NCBI GenBank assembly: GCA_964436815.1
Contig: CAYTER010000001.1
Coordinates: 11,630-75,629, forward strand
Length of the DNA: 64,000 nt
From: an uncultured Syntrophomonadaceae bacterium
Lineage (GTDB): Bacteria; Bacillota; Dethiobacteria; DTU022
Direction: 5' to 3'
The position numbers were made by a program, and so were the translations under genes. Shown piece after piece: positions 28,497 through 38,232 of this stretch (positions within the stretch are counted from its first letter, which is position 1; every line of letters begins with the position of its first letter). The notes beneath the pieces are model-generated. The model saw only the letters and a program-made list of their open reading frames with translations, made no database searches and was not told the DNA's origin.

Positions 28497-30269
28497 TTGT
28501 ATTCAACTTTTGGCAAGCTCCTGATTGTTGATTTGACTAAATCGGATATCAGCGAAAGGGAGCTGGATGAGCATATCTTTCTTGAATACCTTGGAGGTAA
28601 AGGGTTAGGCAGCTATCTGCTGATGAAAATGCTCCCACCGGGTATTGATCCCCTTTCTCCTGAGAATGTGCTGATCTTCACCACCGGACCGGCAACTGAC
28701 AGCCCCCTGGCCCCGGCATCCCGCTTTGGCGTTTTCAGCAAATCGCCGGCCACCGGTCTCTATGCTGAATCATACAGTGGTGGTCATTTGCCGCCGGTGA
28801 TGAAAAGGACCGGTTATGATGCGATTGCCATTACTGGTGCTGCCCGGAAGCCCTGTTACATTTCTATCTCTGAAGAAGGTGTTAATTTTTATGATGCCGG
28901 CGCTGTCTGGGGCAGGGAATCATATGAAGCTGAAGAGGAGATCATCAAAGCGGTCGGTGTTAAGGGTTCACAAGCTCTGGTAATCGGACCTGCCGGTGAG
29001 CGGAAGCTTGCCTTTGCCTGCATTAAAAATAACCGTTGGCGTAGCGCCGGCAGGACCGGGCTCGGGGCTGTAATGGGTTCGAAAATGCTCAAAGGGATCG
29101 TCTTCAGCGGTGGTGCCAAAGCCGCGCCGGCTGATGAAGAAGGTTTAAAGAACTGGACCCGCAACTTTTTTCTGAATTACAAAGATTCACCTGCCGCCAA
29201 ACTTTATCAGGAAAAGGGCACCCCGGCCCTGGTAGCCGTTACCAATAATGCCGGTTGTTTTCCAACCCGTTACTGGTCAGCGGGAAAATTGGATGGTTGG
29301 GAGAAAATCAGCGCCGACTATATGAAAAATGAAATGAAAACAAAATCGCGGGGCTGTTATCGCTGCTTTTTCGCCTGTGGAAAGCTGACCACTGTTGAAC
29401 AGGGTCGGCACAGGGATCTGACCATTGAGGGCCCTGAATTTGAAACGATTTATGCTTTCGGAGGTTTATGCTGTCTGCCGGAAATGGAGGAAATTGTTTA
29501 TCTCAACGATCTGTGTGATCGATGGGGGATTGACACGATCAGCGCCGGTAATATTGCCGCTTTTGCCATTGAAGCGGGCTTAAGAGGCAAACTAAAGCAG
29601 GCTCCCCGTTATGGTGATGCCGATTCAATAGCCGGCTTCTTGTTGAGCGTGGTGGAGGGCAGGGATGAAGGAGTAATTTTTACCCAGGGAATCAGGGAAG
29701 CTGCCAGGCAGTTGGCGATGGAGGATTTTGCAATCCACGTTAAAGGGCTTGAACCTGCCGGCTATGATCCCCGGGTCTTAAAGGGGATGGGGCTCGCTTA
29801 TGCCACTTCGGACCGGGGAGCCTGCCACCTGCGGACAACATTTTACAAGCCAGAACTTAGCGGTCTCATTGATCCGGCCCAGGTTGAAGGCAAGGCCAGA
29901 ATGTTTATCGATTTTGAGGATCGCCTGAATATCTATGATTGCCTGATTTTCTGCCGCTTTTACCGGGATATTATTCACTGGGAAGAGCTGATTAAAGTAC
30001 TTTACCTGCTGACCGGTAACCGCTACAGTGTCGCTGATTTACATTCAATCTCGGCCAGAATTCAAAATCTGACCAGGTTGTTTAACTTGCGTGAAGGGGC
30101 ATCGCGGTCCGACGATCTATTACCGCAGCGGTTGATGAGCGAGCCGATAAACGAAAAGCGGGATCTGATCACCAGTAAAGAGTTGGAAGCGATGCTGGGC
30201 GACTATTACCTGCTGCGAGGCTGGGATGAAAATGGAATTCCCCGAAACGGGTTCAATCAAATAAAGTAA
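28497..30269 (+). CDS. Tungsten-containing aldehyde:ferredoxin oxidoreductase (AOR family)
   Basis: 590 aa. Typical AOR N-terminus (MYSTFGKLLIVDL) with a TTG start abutting the upstream stop. Contains the AOR cluster/pterin-binding regions. Confidence 0.85.
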   Translation: MYSTFGKLLIVDLTKSDISERELDEHIFLEYLGGKGLGSYLLMKMLPPGIDPLSPENVLIFTTGPATDSPLAPASRFGVFSKSPATGLYAESYSGGHLPPVMKRTGYDAIAITGAARKPCYISISEEGVNFYDAGAVWGRESYEAEEEIIKAVGVKGSQALVIGPAGERKLAFACIKNNRWRSAGRTGLGAVMGSKMLKGIVFSGGAKAAPADEEGLKNWTRNFFLNYKDSPAAKLYQEKGTPALVAVTNNAGCFPTRYWSAGKLDGWEKISADYMKNEMKTKSRGCYRCFFACGKLTTVEQGRHRDLTIEGPEFETIYAFGGLCCLPEMEEIVYLNDLCDRWGIDTISAGNIAAFAIEAGLRGKLKQAPRYGDADSIAGFLLSVVEGRDEGVIFTQGIREAARQLAMEDFAIHVKGLEPAGYDPRVLKGMGLAYATSDRGACHLRTTFYKPELSGLIDPAQVEGKARMFIDFEDRLNIYDCLIFCRFYRDIIHWEELIKVLYLLTGNRYSVADLHSISARIQNLTRLFNLREGASRSDDLLPQRLMSEPINEKRDLITSKELEAMLGDYYLLRGWDENGIPRNGFNQIK

Positions 30270-30291
30270 TCAAATCTAAGGAGGATATAAA

Positions 30292-31590
30292 ATGTCTGTG
30301 GAACTTGAAAAGGTTAAGAAGGAAGACAACATTCTAACAGCTACCCTTGCTATGATGAAGCAGTCTGCTGAATTAGCCGGGCTTTCCCCGGAAGTTTACG
30401 AACACTTGAGAATACCGTCACGCTTTGTGGAGGTTTCTATCCCTGTTGAAATGGATGACGGCACCACCAAGGTGTTTAGCGGTTACCGGTCCCAGCATAA
30501 CAACGTCTTTGGACCCTATAAGGGAGGGATCCGTTTTCACCATTTAGTGGATGTTGATGAAGTTAAAGCGCTTTCCATGCTGATGACCCTGAAGTGTTCC
30601 CTGGTCGGTGTTCCTTTCGGAGGCGGTAAGGGCGCAGTTGTCTGCGATCCTTATCATATGTCCATGAAAGAAAAAGAACGTTTGACCCGCGGTTATGTCA
30701 GGGCTCTCGGTTCCATTCTCGGACCGGAAACCGATATCCCTGCCCCGGATGTTGCCACTGATTCGCAGGTAATGGCCTGGATCGCCGATGAATACAGCAG
30801 TATTATGCGCGAACCTTCCTTTGGGGTAGTTACCGGTAAACCTTTGGCAGTCGGTGGTTGTGTGGGCAGGCAGGAAGCTACAGGACGCGGTTGTTTTTTT
30901 GTCACAAAAGAGGCGGCAAAAAGTTTTAAGATCCCCTTCGATCATGCCCGTATTGTGATCCAGGGTTTTGGTAACGTGGGCAGCAATGCCGCCATTCTAT
31001 TTGCCGAAGCCGGCTCACCGGTTGTCGCGATCAGCGATGTCAGTGGTGGTATCTATAACGAAAAAGGGATTGACATTTATAAATTGCTCCAGCATGTTGA
31101 AGAAACCGGTTTTGTTAAAGGATTTCCCGGTTGCGAAGAGATCACCAACACTGAGCTGTTAGCCCTTGACTGCGATGTCCTGATTCCGGCTGCCCTTGAA
31201 AATCAGCTTACTGGAGTTAATGCTGACCAGGTAAAGGCTAAGGTTGTAGTGGAAGCAGCAAACGGGCCCACCACCCCGGAAGCCGATCAGATCCTGAAAG
31301 ATAAAAATGTGCTGGTAGTCCCTGATATTTTAGCCAACAGCGGTGGGGTTACCGTATCTTACTTCGAGTGGGTCCAGAATAACTATGGGTTCCGCTGGGA
31401 TTTGGAGACTGTCAACCGTCGTCTGGAAGAGAAAATGACCGAAGCTTTTAAAATGGTCTATAGTTTTTACTGTGAAAAATGTGTTGGTTCTGATATGCGG
31501 ACCGGTGCTTACATGTATTCAATCCAGCGATTGGCTGAAGCGATGCACTATCGAGGCTGGTTGCGTAATGGGACCCAAAAGAAAAAATAG
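30292..31590 (+). CDS. gdh: Glutamate dehydrogenase (Glu/Leu/Phe/Val dehydrogenase family)
   Basis: 432 aa. Active-site Lys motif (VPFGGGKGAV) and a Rossmann fold (GFGNVG). Confidence 0.9.
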   Translation: MSVELEKVKKEDNILTATLAMMKQSAELAGLSPEVYEHLRIPSRFVEVSIPVEMDDGTTKVFSGYRSQHNNVFGPYKGGIRFHHLVDVDEVKALSMLMTLKCSLVGVPFGGGKGAVVCDPYHMSMKEKERLTRGYVRALGSILGPETDIPAPDVATDSQVMAWIADEYSSIMREPSFGVVTGKPLAVGGCVGRQEATGRGCFFVTKEAAKSFKIPFDHARIVIQGFGNVGSNAAILFAEAGSPVVAISDVSGGIYNEKGIDIYKLLQHVEETGFVKGFPGCEEITNTELLALDCDVLIPAALENQLTGVNADQVKAKVVVEAANGPTTPEADQILKDKNVLVVPDILANSGGVTVSYFEWVQNNYGFRWDLETVNRRLEEKMTEAFKMVYSFYCEKCVGSDMRTGAYMYSIQRLAEAMHYRGWLRNGTQKKK

Positions 31591-31607
31591 CGAACAACCT
31601 GGTTGCT

Positions 31608-31650
31608 GCGGCGGAACAGGCTTGACCTGTCCCGCCGCGGCGTGATTTTG
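31608..31650 (+). terminator. Possible terminator after gdh
   Basis: GC-rich hairpin GCGGCGG...CCGCCGC with an inner ACAGG/CCTGT stem. The T-run after it is weak (GATTTTG). Confidence 0.3.
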
Positions 31651-31825
31651 CATGCCGGATTTGTCTCTTCGCAGCAGATCAGTGTTTCTTGAGAGAGAAA
31701 TTTGTTTTATTTTTAATTGGTGAAAAATTTTAAGCTGTATTTTGGTTGCTTTCTGTCACTTACTGTCGGTTGTTGATTAGAATCATAATCAGTGGTTTAA
31801 TAGAACAGGGAGGGGATCTGTACTT

Positions 31826-32062
31826 TTGACCCGGACCGAGAAAATTGAATCAACTGCGAGCCTGAGTATTAATGGTGATTGGTGCAAGGGTTGCGGGATA
31901 TGTGTAGCTTTCTGTCCAAGGGAAGCTCTTTTTTTGAATAATGCTGGGAAAGCTGAGAAAGACAGCGATAAGTGCAAAGCCTGTGGAGTGTGTGTGCTTT
32001 TTTGCCCTGATTTTGCCCTTAGCGTAACCAGGGGGAGGATATCTGTGAATGCCGGAAGCTAA
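31826..32062 (+). CDS. 2-oxoacid:ferredoxin oxidoreductase delta subunit (2x[4Fe-4S] ferredoxin)
   Basis: 78 aa. Two CxxCxxCxxxCP motifs. TTG start. Overlaps the alpha-subunit start. Confidence 0.7.
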   Translation: MTRTEKIESTASLSINGDWCKGCGICVAFCPREALFLNNAGKAEKDSDKCKACGVCVLFCPDFALSVTRGRISVNAGS

Positions 32063-33179
32063 ACCGATTTTGATGCAGGGTAATGAAGCCTGCGCGATGG
32101 GAGCGATCAACGCCGGTGTGCGGTTTTATGCCGGTTATCCTATTACCCCTTCAACCGAAGTAGCTGAAATAATGGCCGCAAAATTGCCGGAAATCGGTGG
32201 AGTTTTCATTCAGATGGAGGACGAAATTGCCAGCATGGCTGCGGTGATCGGCGCCTCGATCGGTGGGATGCGAACACTTACTGCTACGAGCGGACCGGGT
32301 TTTTCATTAAAGCAGGAGAACCTCGGGTATGCCATCATGGCTGAAATCCCCTGCGTAGTGGTTAATGTCCAGCGAATGGGGCCGAGTACCGGAGTGCCGA
32401 CTGCGCCGGCCCAGGGTGATGTGATGCAGTCCCGCTGGGGAACGCACGGTGATCACCCAATCATTGTTTTTTCACCGGCATCGGTCTATGAAACTTATTA
32501 TTTAACTATTGCAGCGGTAAACCTGAGCCAGAAGCTGAGACAACCGGTAATTATGCTGCTGGATGAAGTGATCGGGCATATGCGGGAGAAGGTTTTAATC
32601 CCTGAACCCGGTAAGCTTCTGGTGGAAAAATCAAGCGATCAGGTTCCCGCAGACTGGAAACCCTATGATGAGAAAGGGTTAACTCCCCTGGTACCTTTTG
32701 GATTTGGCCACTATTATCATGTAACCGGTCTTTTTCATGATCAGTATGGTTTTCCCACCGGGGATCCTCCCCAGGTTGAGCGGGCGCTCGATCGGATGCA
32801 TGATAAGCTTGATAAATATCGCGATGAGATTATCCTGACTAATTATATCGGTCACAAAGAACCAAGAGTGGCAATAGTAACCTATGGCTGTACGGTCAGG
32901 TCAGCCCGCGCGGTCGTAAAAAAAGCATATTGGCAGAACCGCCTGCCGGTTGGGTTGCTCAGTCTGCAAACTATCTGGCCTTTTCCCGCCCGTGAGGTTG
33001 AAGCTCTGGCCAGGCAGGCAGATGTCATTATCGTCCCGGAGATGAACATGGGGCAGATTGTCGGCGAAGTTGAGCGCTATGCCTGCGGCCAGGCCAAGGT
33101 AATTCCGCTCAACCGCTATGACGGGGAAATGATCACTCCGGATCAAATATCTGAGCTTATCGGGAGGTGGCTGTCATAG
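32049..33179 (+). CDS. 2-oxoacid:ferredoxin oxidoreductase alpha subunit (likely 2-oxoglutarate)
   Basis: 376 aa. KorA/PorA-type domains I-II. Confidence 0.8.
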   Translation: MPEAKPILMQGNEACAMGAINAGVRFYAGYPITPSTEVAEIMAAKLPEIGGVFIQMEDEIASMAAVIGASIGGMRTLTATSGPGFSLKQENLGYAIMAEIPCVVVNVQRMGPSTGVPTAPAQGDVMQSRWGTHGDHPIIVFSPASVYETYYLTIAAVNLSQKLRQPVIMLLDEVIGHMREKVLIPEPGKLLVEKSSDQVPADWKPYDEKGLTPLVPFGFGHYYHVTGLFHDQYGFPTGDPPQVERALDRMHDKLDKYRDEIILTNYIGHKEPRVAIVTYGCTVRSARAVVKKAYWQNRLPVGLLSLQTIWPFPAREVEALARQADVIIVPEMNMGQIVGEVERYACGQAKVIPLNRYDGEMITPDQISELIGRWLS

Positions 33180-33982
33180 AACAGCTAACCCAGGATTTTT
33201 TACGCACTAAAAAACTGCCGCATATCTGGTGTCCGGGTTGTGGTAACGGTATTGTCACCGCTGCCCTGGTCAGGGCTATTGAAAGGGCTGGCTATGATCA
33301 GCGCGAGGTTGTTATTGTTTCCGGGATCGGTTGCTCCTCACGGGCGGCCGGTTATTTAAACTTTAATACCCTTCATACCACGCACGGTCGGGCGCTGGCT
33401 TTTGCCACGGGTCTTAAAATGGCCAGGCCGGAACTGACTCTTTTCGTGATCATGGGTGATGGCGACTGCAGCGCTATCGGCGGCAACCATTTTATCCATT
33501 CCGCCCGAAGAAATATTGATCTCAATGCCATCGTCATCAACAACCATATTTATGGCATGACCGGAGGCCAGCATTCACCGCTCACACCTACCGGTAAAAA
33601 GGCTACAACCGCTCCCGGGGGAACGCTGGAAAGGGCCTTTGATCTGCTTGCTTTGGCCAAAGGAGCCGGTGCGACATTCGGAGCTAGGGGTAACGCTGCG
33701 CAGCCGCGTCAGCTCGAACAGCTCATCGCCAGAGCGGCAAAACATAAAGGGTTTTCCGTGGTTGAGGCTTTGTCTCCCTGCCCGATTGCTTATGGCCGGA
33801 GGAATAAACTCGGTGGGGCGGTTGAAATGCTGCGTGATATGAAAGATACCAGTATTGCTGTTGAACGCGCCGCAGAAATGGATGAAACAGAACTGGAAGG
33901 TAAAACTTTAAACGGTGTCCTATTTTCGATCGATGCTCCGGAATTTTCCGCGGAGTACCACCGGATGATCAATAAAGAATAA
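33167..33982 (+). CDS. 2-oxoacid:ferredoxin oxidoreductase beta subunit (TPP-binding)
   Basis: 271 aa. CPGCGNG...GDG motifs of the TPP/[4Fe-4S] beta subunit. Confidence 0.85.
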   Translation: MAVIEQLTQDFLRTKKLPHIWCPGCGNGIVTAALVRAIERAGYDQREVVIVSGIGCSSRAAGYLNFNTLHTTHGRALAFATGLKMARPELTLFVIMGDGDCSAIGGNHFIHSARRNIDLNAIVINNHIYGMTGGQHSPLTPTGKKATTAPGGTLERAFDLLALAKGAGATFGARGNAAQPRQLEQLIARAAKHKGFSVVEALSPCPIAYGRRNKLGGAVEMLRDMKDTSIAVERAAEMDETELEGKTLNGVLFSIDAPEFSAEYHRMINKE

Positions 33983-34004
33983 GGTTGATTACGGGGGACG
34001 AATA

Positions 34005-34583
34005 ATGACTAAAAGGCAGGAAATATTGCTTACCGGAGCCGGAGGTCAGGGCTTGATTCTGGCTTCAATTGTTCTGGCTGCAGCGGCAGTAAACGACAAT
34101 AAAAATGTGGTTCAGACTCAGTCATACGGTCCGGAAGCGCGGGGTGGGGCCAGCATGGCCGGAGTGATTATTGATGTTGACACCATCGAGTATCCGAAAG
34201 TAACCAAACCAACGGTCTTGCTTTGTATGAACCAGGCATCATATAATAAGTACCTGCCAAAGGTTGAACCGGGATGTGTGATCATCACTGATTCCACTTT
34301 TGTCAGCGGCCCGTTCAAAGATGAATTGCAGATAAAATCGCTGCCGATTACAAAGATGGCCCGGGAAATTTTAAAGCGCGAAGTGGTTGCCAACATGCTA
34401 GCTCTTGGTGTTATAAACGCTGCAACCGGGTTAATCGATCGCCAAATCTTCCGGGATAGCATCTACAGCATGGCACCTAAGGGAAGTGGTGAGCTCAATC
34501 AGGAAGCCTTTGATCTGGGCTACCGCCTTTACGGGGAAGGACCGGAACAGCTCAGCAGAGTATCAGCTCAAAACCCCCGGTAA
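34005..34583 (+). CDS. 2-oxoacid:ferredoxin oxidoreductase gamma subunit
   Basis: 192 aa. Gamma-subunit fold (GAGGQG motif). Confidence 0.75.
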   Translation: MTKRQEILLTGAGGQGLILASIVLAAAAVNDNKNVVQTQSYGPEARGGASMAGVIIDVDTIEYPKVTKPTVLLCMNQASYNKYLPKVEPGCVIITDSTFVSGPFKDELQIKSLPITKMAREILKREVVANMLALGVINAATGLIDRQIFRDSIYSMAPKGSGELNQEAFDLGYRLYGEGPEQLSRVSAQNPR

Positions 34584-35838
34584 AATAGTTTATAGCTATC
34601 TGTTTTTAGCGGCTGTTATCGGCGAGCTTGCTTTGGCCGGCTACATCGGCCCTTTCCGGTTTTCAGTCGCATTTATTTTACTGGTTTATACCCTGCTTAG
34701 CGTGGATAAGTTTCAGATCCTGCCTTTTGCTTTACTGATTTCCTTTTCAACCTATCTGCTCCGCCTGGTAATAACAAACTTTCTTCCATTATCACCTGAA
34801 ATGTATGACTTTATCTTAACCAGTCAGTTTTCCTTTCCAGCTGGTATTGTATTGCTGGCAGTTCTTCTAGCCCTTAGACCGATCAGGAAGCGAACAGGCG
34901 ATTTTTCACTCGCCCTGCTTTTTTATCTTATTTTGGTTATCGCCATCTCTATTCTGGTTGAAGCGCTGGTCAGGCTTTTAACCTGGGAGGTAGTAAGGGG
35001 TTTTAATATTCTGTTTTTACTATTTGCATCTATTTTGCACCTGCTTCCAATAATCGCCCTGCTTCAGATCAGCTTTTTTCAGCGGGGCACCATTATTGAA
35101 GAACAGCAGCGCATTTTAAATGAGAAAATGCTGATCATCGCTTCAGAGCTTTACGATGAGCAGTTTTACATGCAAAAATCGGTGGAAAATATAGAGAATA
35201 TTATGGCTAAGAGTTATACTTTACATAAAAAATTAAAAGATCTTAAATTGGCTGACCGGAATTTGGAAAGCGATGCCCTCGAGGTCGCCGAAGAGGTGCA
35301 TGAGGTCAAAAAAGATACCGTGCGGGTTCTTGCCGGCATCGGTGAAGTGATCACTATTCGCAGGGACAAATCAGTGATGAACCTGAACGCAGTATTTGAT
35401 CTGGTCATAAAAACTAACCGCAGTTATGCGCAAAGCCTTGAGAAGAATGTCGATATAATTTTGGAGTCGGACGCCGATATTGCAGTGACACAGATCTATC
35501 CCCTGCTGGCTATCCTGAACAACCTGGTCTCCAACGCAGTCGAAGCAATCATCGACGAGGGAATGATCAGCCTGAAAGCCAAAAGAAGCAAATACACCTT
35601 AAGGATCAGTGTCTGCGATAACGGCGAACCGATCCGGGAAAGTAACCGGACGCTGATCTTTGAGCCCGGGTTCACTACCAAATTTAACGCTGACGGCGTT
35701 CCCTCAACCGGTATAGGCTTGTCCTATATCAAGGGTCTGGTGGAAAATTTCAAAGGCAGGGTGTTTTTTACGGCTGATGGCAGCAGTAAATGTTTTATTA
35801 TCATCTTACCTTTAAAAAGTTTAACCGGGGGTTTATGA
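34486..35838 (+). CDS. Membrane sensor histidine kinase (GlnK/YcbA-like)
   Basis: Multi-TM N-terminal half, a phospho-acceptor His region (EEVHEVKKD) and a GHKL ATPase domain (DNGEPI...GIGLSY). The start is uncertain: the first ATG overlaps korC by about 100 nt. Confidence 0.6.
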   Translation: MVSSIRKPLIWATAFTGKDRNSSAEYQLKTPGKIVYSYLFLAAVIGELALAGYIGPFRFSVAFILLVYTLLSVDKFQILPFALLISFSTYLLRLVITNFLPLSPEMYDFILTSQFSFPAGIVLLAVLLALRPIRKRTGDFSLALLFYLILVIAISILVEALVRLLTWEVVRGFNILFLLFASILHLLPIIALLQISFFQRGTIIEEQQRILNEKMLIIASELYDEQFYMQKSVENIENIMAKSYTLHKKLKDLKLADRNLESDALEVAEEVHEVKKDTVRVLAGIGEVITIRRDKSVMNLNAVFDLVIKTNRSYAQSLEKNVDIILESDADIAVTQIYPLLAILNNLVSNAVEAIIDEGMISLKAKRSKYTLRISVCDNGEPIRESNRTLIFEPGFTTKFNADGVPSTGIGLSYIKGLVENFKGRVFFTADGSSKCFIIILPLKSLTGGL

Positions 35839-36764
35839 TGGATTTCTCCTTCTTTATTATCGATGACGACCTGGCCTGCAGAAAGATTTTAGGTCAGATT
35901 ATCGAAGACGAAAACTTAGGTGAAGTGATCGGCGAACTACCCGATGGGCGTGGCAATGTTGTCGGCACGGTTCTTTACCACCAACCGGATGTATTGCTGA
36001 TAGATCTGCTGATGCCTGGAAAAGACGGGATTGAGGTAGTTGAGCAGCTGAGAGCCAGGGACTATAAAGGTAAAATCGTGATGATTTCCCAGGTAGAGAA
36101 AAAGGAGATGGTTGCCCAGGCTTATGCTGCCGGCATAGAATTTTATATTAACAAACCCATTAACCGGGTTGAGGTTATTTCCGTGATTAGAAATGTGACA
36201 GACAGGATTAAAATGGAACTGTCTTTTGAACAGATGCGGGATTCGCTTGATGCCCTGGACCGGATTGGCAGCCTGCGTCGTTCTTACCGGCGAAGCGAAA
36301 TGCAGGTCATGGATCGTGATACAATCAGGGAAAAAACCCGAGAATTACTGGCCGACCTGGGCTTAATTGGCGAGCCCGGGAGCCATGATTTGATCCAGAT
36401 TGTCCTTTTTCTGAACAGTGTTCCGGATATTGAAAAATATTTGGGAGAATACCGGCACCTCAAGGATTTATATCAGGCGGTCCATGAAACCTACCTTCGC
36501 GAAGAAGAAAAGCAAAGCGATGTGCGGGCGATTGAACAGCGGGTGCGTCGCGCTGTAAAGCAGGCCATGGAGCATATTGCTGCCCTTGGACTGGAGGATT
36601 ATAATAATCCTATCTTCGAGCGGTATGGCCCTAAATTTTTCGACTTTAACGAGCTGCGCCTGAAAATGAAGGAATTGGAAAGTAATACAGAAATCCAGTC
36701 TAAAACCCGGGTCAGTATTAGGCAATTTATCAATGCTCTCTATGGGGAGATTAAGAAAATATAA
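35835..36764 (+). CDS. Response regulator with REC domain and YcbB/GlnL-type C-terminal domain
   Basis: REC domain (IIDDD...DLLMPGKDG). The ATGA start/stop overlap with the kinase gene indicates coupling. The about 190-aa C-terminal domain resembles the GlnL family. Confidence 0.6.
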   Translation: MMDFSFFIIDDDLACRKILGQIIEDENLGEVIGELPDGRGNVVGTVLYHQPDVLLIDLLMPGKDGIEVVEQLRARDYKGKIVMISQVEKKEMVAQAYAAGIEFYINKPINRVEVISVIRNVTDRIKMELSFEQMRDSLDALDRIGSLRRSYRRSEMQVMDRDTIREKTRELLADLGLIGEPGSHDLIQIVLFLNSVPDIEKYLGEYRHLKDLYQAVHETYLREEEKQSDVRAIEQRVRRAVKQAMEHIAALGLEDYNNPIFERYGPKFFDFNELRLKMKELESNTEIQSKTRVSIRQFINALYGEIKKI

Positions 36765-36774
36765 GGAGCCGAAG

Positions 36775-38088
36775 ATGAACAGTGAACTGAAATTTGATTA
36801 TACACTGGCTGAACCCTGGGTTAGTGAGGCTGATCTGGCCGGCCTTGCTCCGGAATTGAACAAGGCCCACCGTTACCTGCATCAGCAGGAAGGGTTGGGC
36901 AGTGAATATACAGGATGGGTTAGCTGGCCTGAACGGTATGACCGCCCTGAGTTTGGAAGGATCCTGGAGACTGCTCAGCAGATCAGGGAAATTGCAGATG
37001 CTTTCATTGTGATCGGCATTGGCGGTTCATACCTCGGTGCCCGCTCAGCGATCGACCTGCTGCAACCGGTTTTCCGGAATCAGTTGCCGCCGGAAGAGAG
37101 AAAAGGCCCGGAGATCTATTTTGCCGGAAATGGAATCAGCGCAGCGTATTTAGACTCCTTGCTTCGCCTGCTTGATCATAAAAGGGAGATCTACATCAAT
37201 ATTATTTCAAAATCGGGTACGACCCTGGAACCGGCTTTAGCTTTTAGAATTTTACGCCGCTACCTCGAAGAACGTTATGGAAAGGAAGATGCGAGAAAGA
37301 GGATTATCGTTACCACAGATGGCACAAAGGGCCCTCTGCGTGAACTGGCTGTGCGCGAAAACCTTACCGCTTTTAACGTGCCGGATGACATTGGCGGTCG
37401 TTATTCCGTTTTAACTCCCGTCGGGCTCCTGCCGCTGGCGGTCGCCGGTATAGACCTGCGCCAGGTAATGGATGGGGCAACCAAGGCTTACCTCGCTTAC
37501 AGCCGTGAGAAAATCGAAGATAATGATGCTTACATCTACGCGGCAATCAGAAATATCCTTTACCGCAAAGGAAGAACAATGGAAATCCTGGCTGCCTACG
37601 AACCGTCCTTCATCCAGTTTGCTGAATGGCTGAAGCAGCTTTTCGGTGAAAGCGAAGGTAAAGAACATCAAGGGCTATTTCCGGCAGCGGTTAATTTTAC
37701 AACCGATCTTCATTCCCTGGGACAGTACATTCAGGAAGGGTTGCGCAATTTCTTTATGACAACTCTCTGGGTGGAAAATTCATCCTCCGGACTTTCGGTC
37801 CCTGCCTTAAATGACAACAGTGACGGTCTAGATTACCTGGCCGGAACCAGGCTGCACAGCATAAATGAACAGGCCTGCCGGGGGACGATGCTGGCTCACC
37901 ACGAGGGTGGGGTGCCAAACCTCAGGCTATCTATCGCGAAAATCGATGCTTTCAGTTACGGCATGCTGGTCTATTTCTTTGAAAAGGCCTGTGGTATGAG
38001 CGGTTACCTGCTGGGCGTTAACCCTTTTAACCAGCCCGGTGTTGAAGCTTATAAAAATAAAGTATTTACCCTGCTGCGCTCTCTTTAA
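36775..38088 (+). CDS. pgi: Glucose-6-phosphate isomerase
   Basis: About 437 aa. SIS domain motifs (IGIGGSYLGARS, SKSGTT). AGGAG RBS 8 nt before ATG 36775. Confidence 0.9.
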   Translation: MNSELKFDYTLAEPWVSEADLAGLAPELNKAHRYLHQQEGLGSEYTGWVSWPERYDRPEFGRILETAQQIREIADAFIVIGIGGSYLGARSAIDLLQPVFRNQLPPEERKGPEIYFAGNGISAAYLDSLLRLLDHKREIYINIISKSGTTLEPALAFRILRRYLEERYGKEDARKRIIVTTDGTKGPLRELAVRENLTAFNVPDDIGGRYSVLTPVGLLPLAVAGIDLRQVMDGATKAYLAYSREKIEDNDAYIYAAIRNILYRKGRTMEILAAYEPSFIQFAEWLKQLFGESEGKEHQGLFPAAVNFTTDLHSLGQYIQEGLRNFFMTTLWVENSSSGLSVPALNDNSDGLDYLAGTRLHSINEQACRGTMLAHHEGGVPNLRLSIAKIDAFSYGMLVYFFEKACGMSGYLLGVNPFNQPGVEAYKNKVFTLLRSL

Positions 38089-38232
38089 GTTTTCTACCCT
38101 TTTTATTATTAGCAGTTAACAGGTCTGTCAGATCGGAAAACCCTCCGATCCGGACCAACATTGACTTTGCAGCAGGGAAGTAATAATATGATGAAGGTTT
38201 CGTCTACCTTTACCAGGATTCGAGGTGACCTG

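Noticed and set aside
31700-31825. Second sigma-54 promoter upstream of the 2-oxoacid:ferredoxin oxidoreductase genes
   Set aside because: The TTGGTTGCTTTCTGTCAC stretch does not fit the GG-N10-GC spacing. A weak sigma-70-like TTGATT-17-TTTAAT is more plausible but not convincing enough to annotate.
38089-38232. Possible T-box riboswitch leader upstream of valS
   Set aside because: The gap is only about 145 nt. I could not find the conserved T-box sequence (AGGGTGGnACCGCG) or a terminator T-run before the start codon. Only a short hairpin (GATCGGA...TCCGATC) without a U-tract is present.
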